From IMG/VR virus record IMGVR_UViG_3300002834_000024, positions 210,787 to 274,786 of that record: a stretch of 64,000 nt of DNA. The stretch is one strand, 5' to 3'. The translations under genes were made by a program, and so were the position numbers. This DNA comes from a virus (lineage: Duplodnaviria; Heunggongvirae; Uroviricota; Caudoviricetes). Under the pieces are notes generated by a model. The model worked only from the letters and a program-made list of their open reading frames with translations. It was not told where the DNA came from and did no database searches. This document shows positions 58,445 through 64,000 of the stretch, piece by piece; within the stretch, counting starts at the first letter, position 1, and the number at the start of each line of letters is the position of its first letter.

Positions 58445-60755
58445 TATGGCAAGAGATCCTATATCAAGACCAGTAAAATCAGGCGGAGTTATAAATAGTA
58501 GTAGAAAATCTAAAGTAGTTAGAAATCGAGTATTTTCTGTTTATAACCCATTAGACTTTATCAAACCTAATAAAAAGGTTGATAATAATTTAATAATTAA
58601 TAAAAATCAGACTATGAATATAAGAAAACAAATACTTTGTGATGAACAACTTGACATTACACAAACACATGAATCACTTGAAAATATTTCTAAAATATTG
58701 AAAAGTGAATTTATTGGAATTGATGAACAAATAGATATGATTATTGATTCCATTAAACCATGGTTATTTTTCAAGGAAACACTTGGAAAACCACATGTTA
58801 TTAATTTGTGGGGATTGACTGGTTGTGGCAAAACAAAAGTAATTGATAGACTTTTAGACTTACTTAAGGTTAAATTTATATCACATAGATTGAATGGTTC
58901 GGAATTAAACTCTGATAATCCACTGTTTTTTATTAACAGTCATCACTATAAAAATAATCATCCAATCGTAATATTTGATGAGTTCCAAAACTATCGAGCA
59001 AAGAAAAAAGATGGCGAGGAAATAGAAGGATATAATTCCATTATATGGGATTTCATTGATACAGGTATTGTAAAATATGATGGATTATTTGGTGATAATG
59101 ACAATATGGGTGTTATGGCATTGTTACGAATTTTTAAAACACTTTATTATTTAGGTAATAAAACATATAAAAATGGTTCATTTACATTAAAAAATGAAGA
59201 ACATGAAAGGATTCAAAAGGTATATGATTATGAAGAAGAATCAATTGATGTTGATAAACAATTTATCGTCAATGTAAATGATAATCCGTTAAATGTATCT
59301 ATATCTGATGAAACAATATTAGATATTACTAAATGTTTTGATGAACAACTTGATATATCAAAAAATAATATATACGCACACTATACATTAAGACAACAGA
59401 CAATTAATTATATTGAAAATTTCCTAAATATCTACAATATAAACACTGATGGTGATTTTGAAAAATATTTTACAAAACTTTCTTTAAATGATATTACAGA
59501 TTTACTTAATATCATTAGGGAAAGATTATACAGTTCGTCAAAAAAACCAACCATTGACTTTTCAAAAGCACTTATTTTTGTTGCTGGTAATGTTGATGAA
59601 GCCTTTGGTATTCATGATGAATTTAATCCTGATATATCTGCTGATGAATTTTATAAATTATCAAAAAAGGTAACAATTGTCAATATTAAAGAGGCATTAT
59701 TAAGACGATTTAGAGCTGAACATATCGCCAGACTTGGAAATATTCATATTATATATCCATCCCTCAATAAGAAATCATATCAAAAGATTATCGAATTGAA
59801 TTTGAATGGATATTCAGGACAGGTGAAAGAAATGTATAATATTGATTTAACATTTGATAAAACAATTAACAATATCATTTATAAAGAAAATGTTTACCCA
59901 ACACTTGGCGCACGTTCTGTTATATCAGGTGTTAATGATATGATTAAATCAAATTTTGCTAACACATTGCTATACAAAGATGTTAGCAATATTGTGTGTG
60001 ATAAAATAGAATATTCATATAAAAATAAAAATATTGAGGTTAATTTTTATCTGAAAGGAAAATTTGTTGGTAATACAAAACATAAAGTAACATTACGTCT
60101 TGAAAATCTAAGAGATAACAAGAAAAATGATAAACAGTCATTAGTTGCTGTACATGAATCAGGTCATGCCATTATCAGAATACTTTTATTTAAGAAATTA
60201 CCTGTTAGTATATATAGTGTTACAGCTGATACAGAAAGTTCAGGATTTACGCTTAATGGAATTGAAGATGATGAACTGTGGAATAAAACATATATTGAAA
60301 AACATGTAATGGTTTCTCTTGGTGGAAGAGCTGCTGAAATTACATTGTTTGGGGGTGATATGTTATCAGCAGGGGCATCAGGCGATTTGGAACATTCCAA
60401 TAATTTACTTTTTGATTCATATCGAAAATGGGGGTTGGGAAATTCTCTATTGGTCCGAGAATTTAACCCTGTTGAAAGTGATATTGCAAAAGAATATGAG
60501 GGTGATCAAATTCAAATAGATGTTCATGATAAATTAAATGAATTATTACGAAAAACAGTCGAAATGCTTGAAACAGAAAAACCTTTGTTGTTAGTATTAA
60601 GTAAATATTTAATGGATCACTCAACAATATCACAAAAAATGTTATTAAAATTTATTAAAACATCTGGCTTTAATATTAAAACATCAGATTTGATATTAAC
60701 AGGTGATGAAATAAATTATGGTTATAGAAATAAATTATTATCTTATTTTAAATAA
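58419..60755 (+). CDS. AAA+ ATPase fused to an M41 (FtsH-type) peptidase, no TM segment; true start may be 58614
   Basis: GLTGCGKT, IFDEFQ, GAR; HESGH, LGGRAAE, GASGD. Confidence 0.82.
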   Translation: MDLNQYIFNMARDPISRPVKSGGVINSSRKSKVVRNRVFSVYNPLDFIKPNKKVDNNLIINKNQTMNIRKQILCDEQLDITQTHESLENISKILKSEFIGIDEQIDMIIDSIKPWLFFKETLGKPHVINLWGLTGCGKTKVIDRLLDLLKVKFISHRLNGSELNSDNPLFFINSHHYKNNHPIVIFDEFQNYRAKKKDGEEIEGYNSIIWDFIDTGIVKYDGLFGDNDNMGVMALLRIFKTLYYLGNKTYKNGSFTLKNEEHERIQKVYDYEEESIDVDKQFIVNVNDNPLNVSISDETILDITKCFDEQLDISKNNIYAHYTLRQQTINYIENFLNIYNINTDGDFEKYFTKLSLNDITDLLNIIRERLYSSSKKPTIDFSKALIFVAGNVDEAFGIHDEFNPDISADEFYKLSKKVTIVNIKEALLRRFRAEHIARLGNIHIIYPSLNKKSYQKIIELNLNGYSGQVKEMYNIDLTFDKTINNIIYKENVYPTLGARSVISGVNDMIKSNFANTLLYKDVSNIVCDKIEYSYKNKNIEVNFYLKGKFVGNTKHKVTLRLENLRDNKKNDKQSLVAVHESGHAIIRILLFKKLPVSIYSVTADTESSGFTLNGIEDDELWNKTYIEKHVMVSLGGRAAEITLFGGDMLSAGASGDLEHSNNLLFDSYRKWGLGNSLLVREFNPVESDIAKEYEGDQIQIDVHDKLNELLRKTVEMLETEKPLLLVLSKYLMDHSTISQKMLLKFIKTSGFNIKTSDLILTGDEINYGYRNKLLSYFK

Positions 60756-61071
60756 AATTATGAAAGTAGAAGATTTTAAAATTGGTGCAATTGTTATTGA
60801 TAACAATGCCAAATCTAAATATGTTGTTACAAAAATTGTTAGTAAAGAGGATAGTGGTTCTTGTTCTTATGATAGAACAATTATGTTATCCAGTTATTAT
60901 TTGATTTTACAACATTATGAAATGGAACAACCTATCAAATTTGATAGATCATCAGTTATGAAAGAGATTCGTGTAACTGGATATGGTGAGGATATTAAAG
61001 ATAAATGGTCTTTGAGTACTGAAGAACCATTTTGTTTTGAAGAAACAAACACATATAATATTACAAGATAT

Positions 61072-61873
61072 GCAAAATAATAAAGTAGATGATTTTACAT
61101 ATGAATTAATATGGATGTCAATGAGATTTTGGTTATCACGTGATGAAAATATGTATTCTTTCATTCGTGATTACCCAACCCAAATGGTTAGCCGTTTTTG
61201 GGCTAAATTAGACGATTTACAGCGTTCAAAACTTATAAGTGATGCTCAACGTGAAATTGAATATGCGTTTGATGATGGACAAAAGAAACGTGCAGAATAC
61301 ATGCTTTGTGTTCTCAATGGAAAAACCAAAGCAACACTTGAAGAATATATTGCTAATTTAGATGTTGATGATGATTTTAACACAATATTATGTCAAGCAT
61401 TTTATGTTTATAAAAATGTTGAAATGGATTATAATATATTAGATGAATTTGATTTTATTATGTTACGCATGGCAATTCTGTATGCTTGTCCAAGAATGAC
61501 TATTGCATCAGCAACATTACCAGAAGATATTATTAAATATCGTTATAAATTGTTTTCATTTATACACATTTCACAAATCCTTTTGGATTTGAATAATTAC
61601 TTGAACTGGGTTGAAGAAAATTTTAAATGTGGAAGAAGATTTAGCGAAAGTTTTGATGATAAAATATGGAAAAAATTTTTGGCATTTCTTGATGAAACAA
61701 CACATTTTGATATATTAGGAAATGATGATAAAACATATAAAACATTTTTATGTGATGAAGTTTATTATTCATATGACAGATACATAACAAACCCATATAT
61801 TGATTGTTATATTTCGCCAGAAAATATTGTAAAGATTACTAAAAATAATGATCTTTATCATATACCAGCATAA
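61072..61873 (+). CDS. Hypothetical protein with internal duplication
   Basis: DDFTYELIWMSMRF vs DEFDFIMLRMAILY; start approximate. Confidence 0.5.
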
Positions 61874-61880
61874 TTAAATA

Positions 61881-63956
61881 CTAATATTTGTTTACAGCAT
61901 TACCAATTGTTGGATATTGTTCTTGCAACCATGGTAGTTTATACCAATTTTTTGAACCATCATAATTAATAAAAATATAACCAACTTGTGTTGCTATCAT
62001 TATATAGTTTGTGGTTCCATTAATTGGTATTTTTACAACACTGTTAAAAACCCCATCATTTGGATCGGTAATATCCATAATAAAATCAGGATGTATTGTT
62101 ATTAATCTACCATTAGATATATAATATAAATTATTAAAAGCATCTGTCATTGAACTGCTATTAACAGCCCATCTAAATAATGGATTTGTTTGGTATGGAC
62201 CAAGTGAAGTATTTGAATAATAAACACAACCATCTGCTACAAAAGCATAAAACTTATTAGTAACATTACTGTAATAGATATATTGGACATCGTTTTGTGT
62301 ATTACCAGCTGTTGCATTTAGATTTATATTGGTGGGAGTTTTTGTTCGAGTGTCAATTGCCCAAATTCCATTAGCTGTACCTTGATCTCCTCCACCACGA
62401 TGTACAAGTAAATAATAATTATCAAACAAACATCTTATAGAGTTATGTGAATTAGCACTTGGAAATGTTATATTACTATTATAGGCGATTGTTGGTGCTG
62501 TATAACTAAAAACCCCATTATTTCTATATCTACCATAATAATAAAAACCATCAACATATGCTGATACAGGACAACTTCTACCCCCCTGACCCCCACCCAT
62601 TCCTGGATTAATAGAAGACCATGTTATTCCACCATTTGCACTCATATATCCATTGGCTCCATCATAAGCAAATGGGGCAAAATATGGAGCAGATGTTGTA
62701 CCAAAACCACTAATTTCATTAATTACTCCACTCATATTAGTTCCACCGCTCCCAGATAAAACTGTTGTAAAAGTATTTCCACCATTTGTTGTTCGATAGA
62801 TGTAATAATCTGTAACATTATTTCCCCTACTAAAAGCACTAGATAAAATAAAAGTATGACTTGGAACACCAGAAACAGTTCCATCAATGAAATTATAATC
62901 ATTATGACTAAAATTTAATATAATTGGGGATATAAATTCCCCATTATTTTTAGTTATGTTTTTAATTTCATTTGAGTTTGATGTTCTATTAAGTAATGTT
63001 CGATTACATAATAAATAATTTTGATCATAATAACTTATATGACTTATATCAGTTCCAACGGACAAATCAGTATTATTATGAACATAAAATTTACTTGATG
63101 TTGGGGTTGTTTTCATTTCTTCTGTTAGAACATCTTTATAAGAAAATGCAAGATTTGAACCAGCAATTGTAAATACATTATTTTTCATGTCAAAAAATCC
63201 TGTTCTTGGAATAAATGGATCTGTTGTATTTGTTGTTGCAATTAAGTTTGCATTATCGTTTGTTATTAAAACATTTCCATTAGATGAATCTTGTAATAAT
63301 GTTAGATAGTTTGTTGCATCCAAATATTTCATCATTACACCATAATCACCATTATCAGTGATGGTGATATTTGGATTGGCATTATCTATTCTAAATATAT
63401 TCAAAGGATAAAATACATTGTATATCCTTCCTTGTGAATGAGATATTACATTGGCTGGTTGTGTACTTATGGCAGATATGGTAGTTGTACCTATACTATT
63501 ATAAGTACAAGGATATATATATGCAATATTTGATGTTGGTGCTTTACCTAAAATATAATATGTGCCATCCTTTTCTATACCAGATATTAGTTGAATAGTT
63601 GCTGTTATTGAACGTGTATATCTTGTTGAATATCTTATTTCACCTGTTAATTTATTATATGTAAATACATAATTATATAAAGTATTTCCACCTGTGTTTC
63701 TACCAATAGCACAGATATATTGATTCCCAGAAGCATCCCAACTTTTGAATACAACACCAGTACTATATACATTGGCATCTTTGGGGAAAATATCTACCCA
63801 ACCAGTATCTATTACATCAAAATTACTTCCTGTTATTTGTAAATTAAAAACATTTAACTTTGATAACGGATTTTGGACATATACTTGATGCCCAAAAGCA
63901 ACATCACTGAAAGGTGCTTTTTGTTTTCTAATAAAAATACTTTGAGTTCTAATCAT
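61881..63956 (-). CDS. Beta-propeller (BNR-like) protein, probable tail/receptor-binding or virion protein
   Basis: YRTTNGGNTF and MSANGGITW BNR motifs; S/T/N/G-rich; TATTTATA upstream (63978-63985). Confidence 0.6.
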   Translation of the reverse strand: MIRTQSIFIRKQKAPFSDVAFGHQVYVQNPLSKLNVFNLQITGSNFDVIDTGWVDIFPKDANVYSTGVVFKSWDASGNQYICAIGRNTGGNTLYNYVFTYNKLTGEIRYSTRYTRSITATIQLISGIEKDGTYYILGKAPTSNIAYIYPCTYNSIGTTTISAISTQPANVISHSQGRIYNVFYPLNIFRIDNANPNITITDNGDYGVMMKYLDATNYLTLLQDSSNGNVLITNDNANLIATTNTTDPFIPRTGFFDMKNNVFTIAGSNLAFSYKDVLTEEMKTTPTSSKFYVHNNTDLSVGTDISHISYYDQNYLLCNRTLLNRTSNSNEIKNITKNNGEFISPIILNFSHNDYNFIDGTVSGVPSHTFILSSAFSRGNNVTDYYIYRTTNGGNTFTTVLSGSGGTNMSGVINEISGFGTTSAPYFAPFAYDGANGYMSANGGITWSSINPGMGGGQGGRSCPVSAYVDGFYYYGRYRNNGVFSYTAPTIAYNSNITFPSANSHNSIRCLFDNYYLLVHRGGGDQGTANGIWAIDTRTKTPTNINLNATAGNTQNDVQYIYYSNVTNKFYAFVADGCVYYSNTSLGPYQTNPLFRWAVNSSSMTDAFNNLYYISNGRLITIHPDFIMDITDPNDGVFNSVVKIPINGTTNYIMIATQVGYIFINYDGSKNWYKLPWLQEQYPTIGNAVNKY

Positions 63957-64000
63957 AACATATGTTATTTTATATAATATAAATAACCGTTTTTTTTTTT

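Noticed and set aside
41683-60519. Numerous short antisense or alternate-frame ORFs within PolB, MTases, ParB and the AAA+/M41 gene
   Set aside because: Fully nested in well-supported genes, with no motifs or promoter signals
1-64000. Stop-codon reassignment as seen in some large Bacteroidota phages
   Set aside because: Conserved genes (PolB, MetK, ClpX) are uninterrupted in code 11, TAG and TGA end some genes, and no suppressor tRNA was found

Overview
Very AT-rich, gene-dense segment of a large (jumbo-like) tailed phage genome in the standard genetic code. The host is most likely Bacteroidota: TAnnTTTG -7 promoter boxes, no Shine-Dalgarno pattern, and two proteins with T9SS-like C-terminal domains. 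The window holds about 27 tRNA or tRNA-like genes covering all 20 amino acids, a family-B DNA polymerase with a LAGLIDADG intein, 8 DNA methyltransferases plus MetK, CoaD, ClpX, a soluble AAA+/M41 protease, ParB, a radical SAM enzyme, homing endonucleases and many small hypothetical ORFs. The main discovery concerns the two tRNA arrays. They split the 20 amino acids 8 (E,N,P,G,D,K,R,Q) plus 12 (M,S,Y,F,L,C,A,V,I,W,H,T). Each array is preceded by a short unannotated leader ORF whose core codons are those decoded by that array, overlapping a mutually exclusive antiterminator/terminator pair. This looks like a ribosome-mediated attenuator that would switch on phage tRNA arrays when the matching tRNAs become limiting. 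Also seen: a 12-copy TTAACATCCAG box at fixed spacing from the -7 element, an ArfA-like ORF with an internal terminator, ACAGCAA stem-loop repeats, an ~190-nt candidate ncRNA and an initiator tRNA with eukaryote-like loops. All calls were made by eye, with no database search or folding software.
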